This document shows, piece by piece, positions 26,800 through 41,866 of a stretch of 64,000 nucleotides of DNA. Source of the stretch: the human T2T-CHM13v2.0 reference genome, Homo sapiens; NCBI RefSeq assembly GCF_009914755.1, contig NC_060928.1; one strand, given 5' to 3'. The position numbers and the translations under genes were made by a program. Within the stretch, counting starts at the first letter, position 1; every line of letters begins with the position of its first letter. The notes under the pieces are model-generated. The model did not search any database. It was not told where the DNA came from and saw only the letters and a list, made by a program, of their open reading frames with translations.

Positions 26800-27492
26800 G
26801 AACACTTGATTTGCTTTCTCTGTGCCTTCTGTTAGAAGGGACCTGTTTCTCATTATTAGTGGAAAGTTTTACCTCATGGTAAGTAACCAAAGAGGCAGAA
26901 GCTGAGTTAACAAATGCTTCAGCAATGGCATGCCTCCCACCTATAACCACAGAAGTTTTTGCTTCTGTTTCACTAGATTTACTAATGTGGGGTTGAGGGT
27001 ATGCTTGTGTTTTTGCAGGAGATGAACAAACCATGCGGGTGCAACCCCCATAACATAGGGACAGATCAAGAAAACTGCACAGGAAGCTGAGAAACTGCTG
27101 GAGCACCAGGGTTTTACCTATAGATGCTTAAAAGACCAATGCTTTCTGACTGAGCTCCTCTCTACCCTGAATACAAGAGACCCTAATTAGTTAGGCCAGG
27201 AATATCATCGCCCCTATTCAGCATGAAGAAGTTACAGAAGATGGACATTCATCCTTCTGCAACCCCTAGGATTAAGGGTCCTCTTGTAAAACGGAAAGGG
27301 GAGATATGTGGGAACTGGGAAGCATTCAAACCAGAGTGACTCCATTTTTAATAAGGGCTAAGAAAAATGAAGCTGTATCACCAACCTGCAATTAAGGGCT
27401 GCACAGCCTGCAATTGCCTTGCTCAATTAATTTAAAAACAAAAAGAGGCCACCTTTTATGCTAGTAATAATGACAGCTGTGGCAGTTTTACA

Positions 27493-27510
27493 AAAAAGAG
27501 AAGGGGGGCA
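27493..27510 (+). promoter_or_regulatory. Polypurine tract
   Basis: aaaaagagaaggggggca immediately before the 3' LTR TGTTGGG. Confidence 0.9.
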
Positions 27511-27961
27511 TGTTGGGAAAAGGCTGAGTTTTGGGAAAAAAAGGCTGAGGCAGGGCTTGCATGTCTGACATAATGTCCAGGGCTCAGGGCATAAAACCCC
27601 TCATGGCTTCTGGAATGAGTCTAGACTTGCTGGCCCCTTGCTTCTAGCTTAAACTAGAAGAACATGCTCCCATTATCTCAAGTAGCAGAACATGTTCCAT
27701 AGGCCTCAAGGGGAAATGCTAAACCATCACAGCTGTAGATCAGTCATGTGGTTGCCCTTTCACCCCCACATTCTCAACACCCATTTCTTTGTTTGATCAC
27801 TATACATAGTCTGGGCTTCCAGAGCTCGGGGCCTTCACAGCCTCCATACTCGCGTTGACCCCTGGACCCACTTTCTGTTTCACACTGTCTTTTCTCATTC
27901 CTTTGACTCGGCCGGACTTTGTCACCCCCACGACCTGGTGTTGGGTCTGATCACCCCAACA
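27511..27961 (+). promoter_or_regulatory. 3' LTR (LTR14A/B-like)
   Basis: TGTTGGG...CCCCAACA termini; direct repeat of the 5' LTR. Confidence 0.9.
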
Positions 27962-29740
27962 GTACATGGCTTTTATTATTTTGAGGTATGTTCCTCCCAT
28001 GCCTAGTTCATTGAGAATTTCTTACATGAAGGGATGCTAAATTTTCTCAAATGTTTTTTTGGCATATATTGAGATGATCTGATCATATGGTCTTTGTTTT
28101 TAAGTCTATTTATGTGGTGAATCACATTTATTGATTTGCATGTGTTGAAACATCCTAGCATCCCTGAAATAAAACCCACTCAATCATGGTGTATTATCTT
28201 TTGGATGTGCTGTTGGATTCGGTTTGCTATTATTTTGTTCAGGATTTTTGAAACTATGTTCATCGAGGATATTTGTCTGTAGTTTTTCTTTTGTTTGGTC
28301 CTTGCCTGGCCTTGGTATCAAGGTGATACTGGCCTTGTAGAATGAGTTGGGGAGGAATCCCTCCTTCACAATTGTTTGGAACAGTTTTGGTAGAACTGAT
28401 ACCAGTTCTTTCTGTATTGTTAGAATTCAGCTGTGAATCTATCTGATCCTGAGTTGTTGTTGTTTTTGGGAAATATTTTATTAGTAGCTCATTCTCTCTA
28501 CTCATTATTCATCTCTTCAGAATATTTATTTCTTCCTGTTTCCAGGAATTCATCCATTTCCTCTAGAGTTTCCATTTTTTGGGCATAGAGGTATTCATAG
28601 TAGTCTCTGATGATCTTTTGTACTTCTGTGATATCAGTTGCAATGTTTCCTTTTTAGTTTCTGATTGCACTTATTAGAATCTTTTCTTGGTTGATCTACC
28701 TAGTTTATCTTTTCAAAGAACAAAAATTCACTTTTTTCATGCTTTGTATTGTTTTGTTTTGTGGGTCACAATTTCATTTAGTTCTGCTCTGATATTTGTC
28801 ATTTTATTTTGCTACCTTTAGGTTTGGTTTATTCTTGTTTTTATAATTCCTTGAGGTGTGATTTTAGGTTATTAATTTGTGACCTCTCTTTTTGATGTAG
28901 GCATTTAACTCTATAAACTCCCCCTCTTAGCCCTGCTTTTGCTTTATCCCAGAGGTTTTGGTATGCTCTGTCTCCAATTTCATCCATTCCAAACCTATTT
29001 TTAATTTGGGTCTTAATACTATCTTTGTCCCAAAGATCATTCAGGAGCAAGTTGTTTAATTTGTTTGTATTTGTATACTTTTGAGAGTTCCTCTTAAAAT
29101 TGGTGTCTAGTTATATTCCACTGTGGTCTGAGAAAATACTTGGTATGATTTTTATTTTTTTTTATTTGTTGAGACTTGTTTTGTGGCTTAACATAAGGTC
29201 TATCTTGGAAAATGTTTTATGCACTAATGAGAAAAATGTATATTCTGTGGTTGTTAGGTATAATATTTTCTGTAAATGTCTGTTAGGTTCATTTTGTCTA
29301 GAGTCCAATTTAACTCCAGTGGTTTTTTTTTTAATTTTTTGTCTCAATAATCTGTGTAGTGCTGTTAGTGGGGTGATGAAGTCCCCCACTATTGTTATAT
29401 TACCATCTGTCTTCTTTCTTAGGTCTAGTGCTATTTGTTTTATGAATCTGGGTACTCTAGTTTTGGGTACACATATATTTAGGATAGTTATACCTTCTTA
29501 AGTTGATCCCTTTATTATTATATAATGACCTTTGTAATTTTTTTATTGTTTTAGATTTAAAATCTGTTATATCTGATATAAGTAAGGTGACTCCTGCTCA
29601 CTTTTGGTTTCTGTTTGCATGGAATATCTTTTTACACCCCTTTGCCTTGAGTCTGTAAGTGTCTTTATCAGTAAAGTTGGTTTCTCATAAGAAGTGTATG
29701 GTTGATTCCTGTTTGTTTACTCATTCCACCAATCTTTATC

Positions 29741-30044
<304 letters not shown>

Positions 30045-31057
30045 ACTTTATCTTTTAAGTGGAGCTTTTAATCCTTTTATGTTCAAAATTAATATTTATA
30101 TGTGAGGTTTATTCCTGTCATGAAATTGTTACCTAGTTGCTTTGTAGTCTCAATGGTGTGATTGTTTTATCAGACCTGTGAGTTAATACTTTCATGTGTT
30201 TTTATGGTGGCAAATATCAACCTTTGGTTTCCACATTTAGAATTTTCTTGAGCATTTCTTGTAGAGTCCCGTTGTTACAAATCCCCTTAGCATTTGCTTG
30301 TCTTGCAAAGACTTTATTTCTCCCTCAATTATGAAGCTTAGTTTAGCAGAATACAAAATTCATGGTTAACAGTTTTTTCCTTTAGAAGTCTAAAAGCAAA
30401 ACCCCAATCTCTTCTGGTTTGTAAAGTTTCTCCTGAGAAGCCTGCTGTTAGTCCAGTGAGATTTCCTTGATAGGTGATTAGACATTTTTCTCTGGCTGAT
30501 TTTAGAATTATTTTTCCTTAATGTTGATTTTAGATAGTCTGATTATTATATACCTTGGTAAAGTTCATCTTGCAATGTATCTGCCTGAAGTTCTCTGAGT
30601 ATCCTGTATCTGGATGTCTACATCACTAACAAGACTATCGTAGCTTTCCTCATTTTTTTTTCTCAAATAGGTTTTCTAGACTTTTTACTTTTTCTTCTTC
30701 AGGAATACGTATAACTTGTAGGTTCAGTCATTTAACATAATACCATACTTCTCCATGACTTTTTTATTTTTTAAATTCTTTTTTTTATTTTTATCTGACT
30801 GATTTAACTTGAAAGACCTGTAGAGGAATTAATATTGTTAGCATCTATAGATTCAACACAATCCCTATCATAACACCAGCTAGCTTTTTTGTAGAATTTG
30901 ACAAAGTGTCACTAAAATTCACATGGAAATTCAAGGAACACAGACTAGCCAAAATGATTTTGAGAAAGAAGAACAAAGTTGGAAAACTCAAATTTCCTGA
31001 TTTTAAAACTTACAAAAAAATAACAGTAATTAAGAGTGTGATACTCTTATAAGTATA

Positions 31058-31553
31058 TGTGGTAGACAGAAAAATGACCTCTTCAAAGATGTCCATGTTC
31101 TAAATCCCATGATTCTGGGAATATGTTACTTTACAAAGCAAAAGAGAATTTACAGATGTTATTAAGTGAAGGATATTGAGACCAGAAAATAGTCCTGTAT
31201 TATTCAGGTGGGGCCAGTGTAATCCCAATGGTCCTTATATGTGATTTAAAAAGGGAGAAAAATGAGAGTCAGAGAAGATATGACAATGGAAGCAGAGGTC
31301 AGAGTAATGCAATTACTGACTTTGAGGATGGAAGATGGCCATATGTCAAGGAATGCATGCAATCTATAGAAGATAAAAAAGGCATGGCTGTCCTAGGGCC
31401 TCCAGAATGAACACAGCCTGCAAACAATTTGGTTTTAGCCCAGTGAAACTATTTCAGACTTCTGACCTCCATAACTGTTAAGATAATAAATTTGTGTTAT
31501 TTTAAGTCATTAAGTTTGTGGCAATTTGTTAACACCCCAGTAGGAAGCTTATA
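31058..31553 (+). mobile_element. MLT1D-like MaLR solo LTR
   Basis: tgtggtagacagaaaaatg...agataataaatttgtgttattttaag...ttgtggcaatttgtta. Confidence 0.8.
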
Positions 31554-34500
31554 TGATAAACATGTAGATAAATGGAATAGAATGTGATATTCTATTATAA
31601 ACCCCTACATTACTGATTTTTCACAAGATGCCAAGAATATCAATGGAGAAAGAATAATATTTTTAGCAAATAATCCTAAGACAACTGGATAACCAAAGAA
31701 AGAACTTGGACCCCCTAGCTCATACTATACATACAAATTAACCCAAAATATATTATAAACTGAATTGTAAGAGCTAAAAATTACAAAATTCTTAGAAGAA
31801 TACTTAGAAATAATTTTTATGACCTTGGGTTTATCGATAGTGTCTTATATATAAAACTAAGATTATAAGCAACAAAAGAAAAAATAAATGTACTGAACTT
31901 TAAAAATTAATTTTATACTTCAAAGACGACCATCAAGATAACCCACAGAATGGGAGAAAATGTTTGTAAATTATATATCTGACAAAGGATTTGTATCTAG
32001 AATATATAAAAATTTTATACAATTCAGTAATAAAAAGACAATAACCCTATTTAAAATGAGAAATCAAACTGGTTCCAAAGTTGTGACATAGAAGGCTGGC
32101 TTCATTTCCCCCCACCCCACCACTTCCCAAAGAAAACCAGAAACAAATACACAGTACTGATATTACCACCAGCAGTATTCCAGAACTCAAATACAGGGAT
32201 GAGACAGTTCCCAGGACCACAGAGAAATTTAAAAACTCCAAGCAAATGTTAAGTAAATCTAACTCCCATATTCACAATGCCCCTCTCTCCAAATTGCCCC
32301 ACACCAAGCATGCAGAAAATTTCTCATAAACTCACAGTTTCTACACTGGAAAAAGTGAGATTAATGTGGACATCCAGCTCTCCCCACATCTTGGGTTTCC
32401 TGACAGGAGACCTGTCTCTGCCTCAACCCATGGAAAGCATCAAGAGTGCATAAAGGGAGAAATAGCCCTGAGGACAGCCAGAAAAAAAGAGGGGAGGTGA
32501 AACTACCATCCCCAGCCCTGAAAACTCCTTTCTGTGATTCAGCCAAGGAAGATGTCAAATTAGAGACTGTAGGAGGTTTGTTCCACAGTCTCCTGAGCAA
32601 GAACTCTTCAGCAATCTTACAACACTACCAGGATATCCCCTTTGGGGCCTCCCCAATTTGGGACAGGCAGCACTGTTTACTAGAATCAAGGCAAACCTTG
32701 GCTTAAGGTGCTGTTTAGTGTCATAAATGAGACAGCACTCTACTGGAAAAATATTTTAAAGGAAAGAAAATCAACAAAGAAATTACAAAAAAAATCTAAG
32801 CAAGCATATCTAATAAAAACCAAAACAAGCCAGACAAGGAAGACTGGCATAAATAACTAATCCTTCAGTGCAAAGGCATAGATTTACATCCACAAGAAAC
32901 AACAGCAAACAGGGAACCATGACCTCCTCAAATGGACAATGCAAAGAACCAATGATTGACCCTAATTAGATGGCAATATGTGAACTCTGTAACCAAAGGG
33001 TAAAAATAGCAGCTTTAGTCAAACTTAGTAATCTTTAAGGTAACACGGAAAAGCAATTCAGGGGCTTATCAGAGAAATTTAACAAGATTAAAATAATTTT
33101 TAAAAAGCAAACAGAGGACAGAAACACGAACTAAAAAAAAGAAGCTCTCAACAGATGAAGTGATTAAGCTAGAGGAAAGAATCAGTGAGCTCGACCACAG
33201 GCTATTTGAAAATATACAGTCAGAGGAAAAAGAGAAAAATAAAAGGAATGAAGATCACCTACAAGATATAGAAAATTACCTCAAAAGACTAAATCTAAGC
33301 ATTATTAGTGTTCAAGAGAGAGTTGAACAAGAATAAGAGGTAGAGAGCTAAGTTAAAGAAATAATAACAGAAAACTTTTCAAAACTTGAAAGAGAGAAAT
33401 ATTCAGATACAGGAGCTTCAGAGAATACCAAACAAATTTAGTACAAGTAAGACTAATTCAAGGCGTATAATAATCAAACACTCAGAGATTAAGGGCAAAG
33501 AGAGGATCCTAAATGCAGCAAGAAAAGAGAGGGAAATAACAAATAAAGGGTCTTTGATGTATCTGGCAACAAACTTCTCAACAGAAACCATACAGGTCAG
33601 TAGAAAGTGGATCAACATTTTCAAAGTAGTGAAAGAAAAAACTAAACTGCCATTCAAGAAAACTGTATCCAGCACAGCTATCCTTTTATGGAGGAGAGCT
33701 AAAGTATTTCCCAGATAAACAAAAGCTGACAGAATTCACCACCACCAGGCTCATTTTGCAAGAAATGCTGAAAAGAGTTCTTCAATCTGAAATAAAAAAA
33801 TCACTAATATAGAAAAAGAAAACATTTGAAGGTGTAAAACACACTGGAAAAATTAAGTGTACAAGAAAACCCTGAATACTCTAATACTGTAATTGTGGTG
33901 GGCAATTCACTCATAACTCTAGTATGAGGCCAAAAAGACAAATCTATCAAAAACAATAACACATACAGCAACCAGTTAGGAGATAGGCAATATAAAAACA
34001 TGTAAATTGAGACAACATAAAGTCAAAATGTGGGGTAAATTGAGTTCAAGTACAGAGGATATTCAAAATCTTTTTATTGTTGTTATTATTTTCTTAGGAT
34101 TTAAGCTAAGTTGTAATCCTTTTAAAATAATTTGTTATATCTATAAGATGTTCTGTATAAGCCTACAGTAATCACAACGCAGAAAAACTATAATATATTC
34201 ACTAAAAATAAAAAGTAATTCACTAAAAATAAAAAGTAAATACTGCCAGAGAAAATCACTTAACCACAATGGAAGACAGTATGAAAGGAAGAAAGATAAA
34301 TGTTATAAACTAACCAGAAAACAAGCAATAAAATAGCAGTAGCAAGTCTTTACTTATTGCTAACATCATAGGATGTAAATGGACTCAAATTGACAATTAA
34401 AAGGCATACAGTGGCTGAATGGATAAAGAAACAAAACCTAGCTCTATACTACTCTCAAGCAACCCACTTCACCTATAAATACACACATATACTGAAAACA

Positions 34501-35246
34501 AAGAGGTATAAAAAGATATTTCATGCACCTGGAAACCAAGAAAGACCAGAAGTAGCTATACTTATATCAGAGAAAATAGACTACAAATCAAAGATTGTGA
34601 AAAAAAAGATAAAGGTCACAATGTAATGAAAAGGGGGTCTATCCAGCAAGACAATGTAACAATTATAAATATCTGTGGATCCAACACTGGAGCTCTCAAG
34701 TATATAAAGCAAACATTAATAAGTCTAAAGGGAGAGATAGATTAAATACAATAGTAATAGGGGATTTGAACACCCCACTCTCAGTAATGAACAAATTTTC
34801 CACATATTTATTTCATCAATAAAGGAATACAGGAGTTCAACTACACACTAGATCTAATAGGCCTCACTTGATAAAATTTAATATTCCTTTATGATAAAAA
34901 CCTTCAACAAATTGGACATAGAAGAAACATGCCTCAAAATAGTAAAGGCCATATGTAAAACCCATAGATATCATAGTACTGAAAGAGAAAAAATTGAAAG
35001 CCTTTCCTCTAGAAAAAGGCTATTATTCAATATAATATTGGAAGTCCTGGCAGGGGCAATTATGAAAGAAAAATAAATAAATAAATAAAGAACATCCAAA
35101 TTAGAAAGGAAGAAGATAAATTAGCCTTGTTTGCAGAAATCATGATCTTATACTAAGAAAAATCTGAACTATCCAACAAAAAACTCTTAGAACTAATAAA
35201 TTTGGTAAAGTAGCAAAATAAAAAATCAACATTTAAAAAACAGTAG

Positions 35247-35248
<2 letters not shown>

Positions 35249-35290
<42 letters not shown>

Positions 35291-35300
35291 GATATATACA
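35249..35300. repeat. (CA)n microsatellite
   Basis: Visible directly in the sequence. Confidence 0.9.
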
Positions 35301-35347
35301 TATGCCAATAGCAAGCAATCTGAAAAAGAAATCAAGAAAGCAATCAT

Positions 35348-35845
<498 letters not shown>

Positions 35846-38800
35846 TCATCCCTATAAAATATAAATGACAGTTTTCATGGAAATAGAAAACAACCCTAAA
35901 ATTTATATGGAACTACAAAAGACCCTAAATCACCAAAGCAATCCTAAGCAAAAAGAACAAAGCTGGAGGTGTCATACTACCTGATTTCAAATTATCCTAC
36001 AAAGCTATGGTGACCAAATCAGTTTGGTACTGACATAAAAACAGACATATAGACAAATGGAAGAGAACAGAGAACCCAGAAATAAATCCACACAATTATA
36101 GCCAACTGATTTTCTACAAAAGCATAAGGAACATACAATGGGGAAGGGACAGTCTCTTCAATAAATGGCGCTGAGAAAACTGGATAACCATATGCAAAAG
36201 AATGAAACTAGATCCTTATCTCTCACTATATTAAAAAATCAAATCAAAGTTGATTGAAGATTTAAATGTAAGACCTAGAACAATGAAACTCCTAGAAGAA
36301 AACACTGGAGAAATGTTCTAAGACATTGTTCTGGGCAAAGGATTTTTTGTGTCAAAAGCACAAGCAACCAAAGCAAAAATATACAAATGGGATTATGTTA
36401 AGCTTAAAAGTTCTCCACACCAAAGAAAACAATAGAGTAAACAGACAATCTAGGGAATGGGAGATAATATTTGCAAACTATCCATCTGACAAGGAACTAT
36501 TGATAAGAATATATGAGGCACTCAAACAACTCAATAGCAAAGAAATAAATCATCTAATTTAAAAATTGACAAAAGATTTGAATAAACATTTCTCAAAAGA
36601 AGAGATATAAATGACCAGCAGGTATATGAAAAAATGTTCAATATCACAAATCATCAGGGAAATGCAAATTAAAACCATAATGAGATATCATCTCACTCCA
36701 GTTAAAGTGGCTTTTATCAAAAAGATTGGGCCCAACAGATGCAGGAGATGATGTGGGGAAAAGGAAGCCTCGTACAATGTTGGTGGGAATGTAAATTAAT
36801 ACAGCCACTATAGAGAACTGTATGAAGGTTCATCAAAAAAGCAAGAATATAACTACCATATGATCCAGCAATTCCACTACTGCGTATATATCCAAAAGAA
36901 AAGTAATCCATTTAATGAAGAGATATGTGCATTCTCATGTTTACTAAAGCACTACTCACAATAGCCCAAATAAGAAATTAACCTAAGTGCCTATCAGTAA
37001 ATGAATGGATAAAGACAATGTGATATATATACACAATGCCATATTATTCTGCCATAAAAAAGAATAAAATCTTGACATTTCCAGCACATGGTTGGAACTA
37101 GAGGTCATTATATTAAGTAAAATAAGCCAGGCACAGACAGGCAAATACCACATGTTATCACTCATATGTGGGCCCTACGAAAGAGATCTTATGAAGATAG
37201 AAGTACACTGATGGTTCCCAAAACCTGGGAAAGGTAAGAGGGGAAAGGGGATGAAAAAACATTGGTTAATGGGTACAAATATATAGTTTGATAGAAGGAA
37301 TAAGACCTAGTGTTTGATAGATGGGTAAGGTGACTATTGTTTAAAATAATCTACTGTATATTTCAAAATAGCTAGAAGAGAATAATTCACATGTTTCTAG
37401 CATAAAGACAAATATTAAAGGTGATTGATATTCCAATTACACTGATTTGATTTTTACAAATTATATGAATGTATTAAACTATCACAGGTACCCCCAAAAT
37501 ATGTACATTGATTATATGTCAATTAAAAAATTGTTAATGGGCAAAGGGCCTGAATAGACTTTTCTTCAAGATATATAATGACCAAAAATATATGAAATGA
37601 TGCTCAACATTATTAGACATCAAATGCAAATAAAAAACACAGTAAGGCAACACTTCACACCCACTAGAATGATGAATCAAAAGATAGCAAATAACATGTG
37701 TTAGTGAGCAGATGGAGAAATTGGGATACTCATACATTGCTGCTGAGATTGTAAAATGATGCAGCCAGTTTAGAAAACACTGACTCCTCCTCAAAACATA
37801 GAGTTTCCATATAACCAGCAATTGCATCATTTACCAATACACCCGACAACAAGGATGAACCTTGAAAACATCATGTTAAATGAAAGAAGCCACTCACAAA
37901 AGATCACATATTGCATGATTACATGTATATAAAATATCATAAACAAATATAGAAGGGCCAGAGAAAGAAAGCTAACCAAAGTCATGGGGAAAAAATATGC
38001 ACAGTGCTAAGTTCATAAAATTGAGCAGTACGAAATCGCATGAATGTATGGGTTGAGCTGTTAGCCTTCAACCACCTACTTAGAGGTCTCAAGAAATAGG
38101 ATTATGTCTCTGATTTTGGGTTGGATTACTAGATGCTACTGGTACAGCGGAAAGATAGGGGTTCAAGGAAATCAAGGCTACTTAGTGGGAAAAAGATCAT
38201 ACACTTGTCTTTCCATTGAGTGAGACTGAATAAGAAAGGTAAAGTGCCTGGAGGAGGTTAGATGATGGGAGAAAATGGCAGAAATCCAGAGACTAGAGAG
38301 TTCTAAGAGCGGTTATAGTAGTAACAAGCATGAAGAGAATCTTAACAGAGAAGAGATTTTGGTCATGGTAAGATATATAAAATTAAGATCTTCATACATT
38401 CATGTATTGAAACAATTCATAATGGAGCTTTGAAAATGAATGACAGAGTAGAGATAAAATTAACTGAAGAAAAAGAAGGCTAGAATTTTAAAACTTGATT
38501 GCTTTCTACAAGTGCACTGGCTTCAGCTATGACAGGAGATAAACCGAAGAGGACAATTGGGAATGTTCATCATCTAAAAGACTTCAAAGGGTAAAGGGAA
38601 ATGATCAAGTAATCAATAAATGACATCAATAAGGAAGAGGAGAAAATCATATTGCCTGATGGAGTGAGACTCAAAAGAGAGTAAGCTTTTATCAGAGGCT
38701 GGAAAGGAGATGCTCTGACTGATAGGTGGTTCTTAGACGGCCAGCAAGAGTCCTGTTCTGGGGTGTGGCACTCTCATGGTGTTCTGAGCCTTGGCAGATG

Positions 38801-39434
38801 CCTTATGAAGAGAGGCATCTCAACATTTAAAAAAATACTTACATGAATAGTAAGTAGAATTTTGATAGAAAAAGGAGAGTTAGTGAGCAAAAGAAAAAAC
38901 TCAGACTTGGAAACAAGAAGTAGCTTTGTGTTTGTGGGAGGTTGTTTTGTTTTATTTTATTTAAAAAATAATAAGTGAATCTTTTATAGTAATAAACTTT
39001 ATTTAACAAATTGAGTGAAGCCAAATTTTGAAGAACTTTGCTTTGAAAGCTAATAAAAAGGTTGCTTTTTATCCTGAGGTCAATACATTCATTGAATATT
39101 TTTATCAAGGAGGTAATATACTAAAATTAGTGTTTAAACTTGTTGGTTAGAATGGAAAAAAGAAAGGATCAACAAACCACTTAGGAGACATAACTTAAGC
39201 TGGGGAAAAGAGGAATAAAAATAGAAAATAATGAAGCTGAAGATATTTCCAAGAAGAAATTGTAAAATATTTTTTAATGGAACAAATTAAAATGTTTTAT
39301 TTGATTGTTTGTTTTTACATATTATGTTTCCAAAAGGTTTCATAAGTTAGATTAGACCTAGAGCTTAAGTTTCCAAAACTGTTGAACCACAGCAAACCTA
39401 AAATATCAAAATATTCACTAAAATAACCTATTCG

Positions 39435-39500
39435 TCTCATTCATTTACCTAGTCACCATCTATTGGGTGCCTATTATGTGCAAGGCTCTATGCTAGATTC
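39435..39500 (-). mobile_element. L2 3' end fragment
   Basis: cattcattta...tattgggtgcctattatgtgcaaggc. Confidence 0.55.
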
Positions 39501-41137
39501 ATTTTTCCTTTAGCAGGCAAATTATTGGTGACCTGTAGTTTCATCTGTTCCTTCACTGCTTGTTACCAAATCCTAATTTCAAAATCTCAGGAAAGGACTG
39601 TGGAGGAAACTTTTTGTATTTATCATAGTCTTAGAAAATAAGATATAGTAAGGAGAAATTTATAATATTTTTAATTATTAATGAGGCATTGTTTTAGTTC
39701 ATAAAAAAAGTTGAAAGATAACAGTTGCATCTCATTGTAGATAATTTTCTTCAGTGTATCTGTTTTTCTCATTCAATTTTCATTCCTTGATCAACTGCAG
39801 AATTTACTCCAGGAAATAATAATCTCCAAAATAAAATGAAAAACCAAATTCAGAAATGTTCTTTGAGCTATTCTTACTCAAAAACTAGTACTTTTTTAAC
39901 AAATTATGTTTGCCTCTAGGAGAAAAGTCACTATTACTTTGTTCTTTTCATTAAATAATTCTTCAGTAAATAAAAGACATTAAATCAAATTGTTTTTGCA
40001 ACCAAATACAGAAAAAACATAATCAATAGAATGAAAAATGTGTCTTTTAGAAAGAAAACCAATGAATGTTTTAGAAGAATTCTTAGACATTCTAATCACC
40101 AAATACGGAAGACTCATAGGTTTTTAGAAGCAAATGGATTCAGTTAGAAATCAAAGATCTGGCCATGAGCCCAACAATTCAAACATTAAAAAGAATTCTG
40201 ATTACTCTATAGATTGTAAATATATCTGCCTTCCATAATTCCTATATTCCACTCTCCTGAAGTTTAAAGTAAATATTTTAGTGCAGTAAAACCCACTAGA
40301 AAAAATCATTAAGCTAAGATTAAAGTAAAATAAGTTTTTGCTTCAAAGTTCATTTTCTGACCCAAAACATGGATATTTGCCTTTCAGGGATTGTCTCCCA
40401 CCTGGGCAGAAGTTGGTATTCTAGTGTAAATCTCTTGCTACAGAACCCTCATGTACTATTTTATTCCTTACCTCATCGGCAAGTAGGAAAACCTACAGGC
40501 TGAAAAGAGAGACTATTACACTGGGCTCAGTGAACTTCATGGTAGCATCTGCTATTTTAATAGCCAATGCTGACTTCATCTTCATCCACTGTAATTCTTG
40601 ATCTGGAATGGCTCCTTAGAAATTCACAATTTTGTTTCTAGTATACAAATGGAAATGACAATGAACTCTCTCTTATATGACATGGTAAAGAATAGAGTGC
40701 TTTGTTTAGTTAGAGACTTTGGCTAACATAGCATTGCAAAATATACTAAGAAATGTATTGACAAAATCTATGTTAAAAAATTCATATTTTTCTGAGGATT
40801 TAAAGGTCATTTAAAAATCTTTAGTGATAATATCATCATTTTACAAATCATTACTCAGTTAAAGATAGATACTGTAGACAGATTCCGGATTTTTTAAAAA
40901 ATAATAGTTTTACTATAGTGTAAGACTACTGGGTCAAGGCAAATTTCCAAACAGCAACTAAACTTTTTGGGAGTGGAGGACAAACAATTCTACTAGCATG
41001 ATTTGACAGACAGAAGACTGGGTATACTGTGGGTAAATGATCAGAATATGGACAAAGTTCATTTTCTGGCCTTGCCTATACTTACTTCAAGAAAGATCCT
41101 AACTCCTTCCTTCTAGGGAGGCTCCTGAGTCAGGTGG

Positions 41138-41866
41138 TAAAATCATCTTTGTAAAAATTCTTAACTGAAAATATTATTATAGTAAAAGAGATTGACCTAA
41201 CTGACCCCATCTCGCTTCTAACCTCCACACTGTCCTTGTTCATTCCTAGGCTTAGGCCAGACTAACGTTGGGAGGAACTTAGTTTATAGTTTAGCTTTGA
41301 AACAAAGACAGTAACAGCCCCTTCTCAAAACAAAGCCCCTTTCCTGCCTGGGGACTAGACTGCCTTTGTAGGAGTAACAAATTAGCCACAAGATTAGAAA
41401 TTATGGTTTAGGAGTCATGCAGCTGGAGGCTGCAAGATTCTAAACCTCCCCAAATTGTTCCTGGGGATAACATCACTATTGTAAAACCTAAGATCAGTGC
41501 TTGAGATATTTTGCAGACGCTGCACAGGATGCATCAGCTGGCATCACCCAGATCGATAAACTGGCCTATCAGATCTTGTGCCCCAGACCCAGGAACTGAC
41601 TCAGCACAAGAGGACAGCTTCAACTCCCTGTAATTTCATCTCTAACCTGACCAATCCTAACTCCTGACTCACTAGCAGCCCACCCACCAAATTATCCTTA
41701 AAAACTGCAATCCCTGAATTTTCAAGGAGACTGATTTGAGTAATAAAATTTCAATCTCCCATATAGCTGGCTCTGCATAAATTATTCTTTCTCTATTGCA
41801 ATTTCGCTGTCTTGATAAATAGGCTCTGTGTACGCAGCAGGCAATGTGCACCCACTGGGCAGTTAA
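41138..41866 (+). mobile_element. LTR8A/B-like ERV1 solo LTR
   Basis: Homologous to 44830-45568; 4-bp TSD GTGG. Confidence 0.85.

Larger units (their letters stand above)
21170..27961 (+). mobile_element. HERV-K14 (HML-1)-like betaretroviral provirus with two LTRs, env-less
   Basis: Two ~450-bp LTRs about 10% diverged by eye; Lys PBS; gag/dUTPase-pro/pol homology; PPT; 6-bp TSD GTACAA/GTACAT; no env ORF. Confidence 0.9.

Noticed and set aside
40472-40499. Minus-strand micro-exon (ctcttttcag|28 nt|gtaagg)
   Set aside because: No partner exons or recognisable peptide; such motif pairs occur by chance
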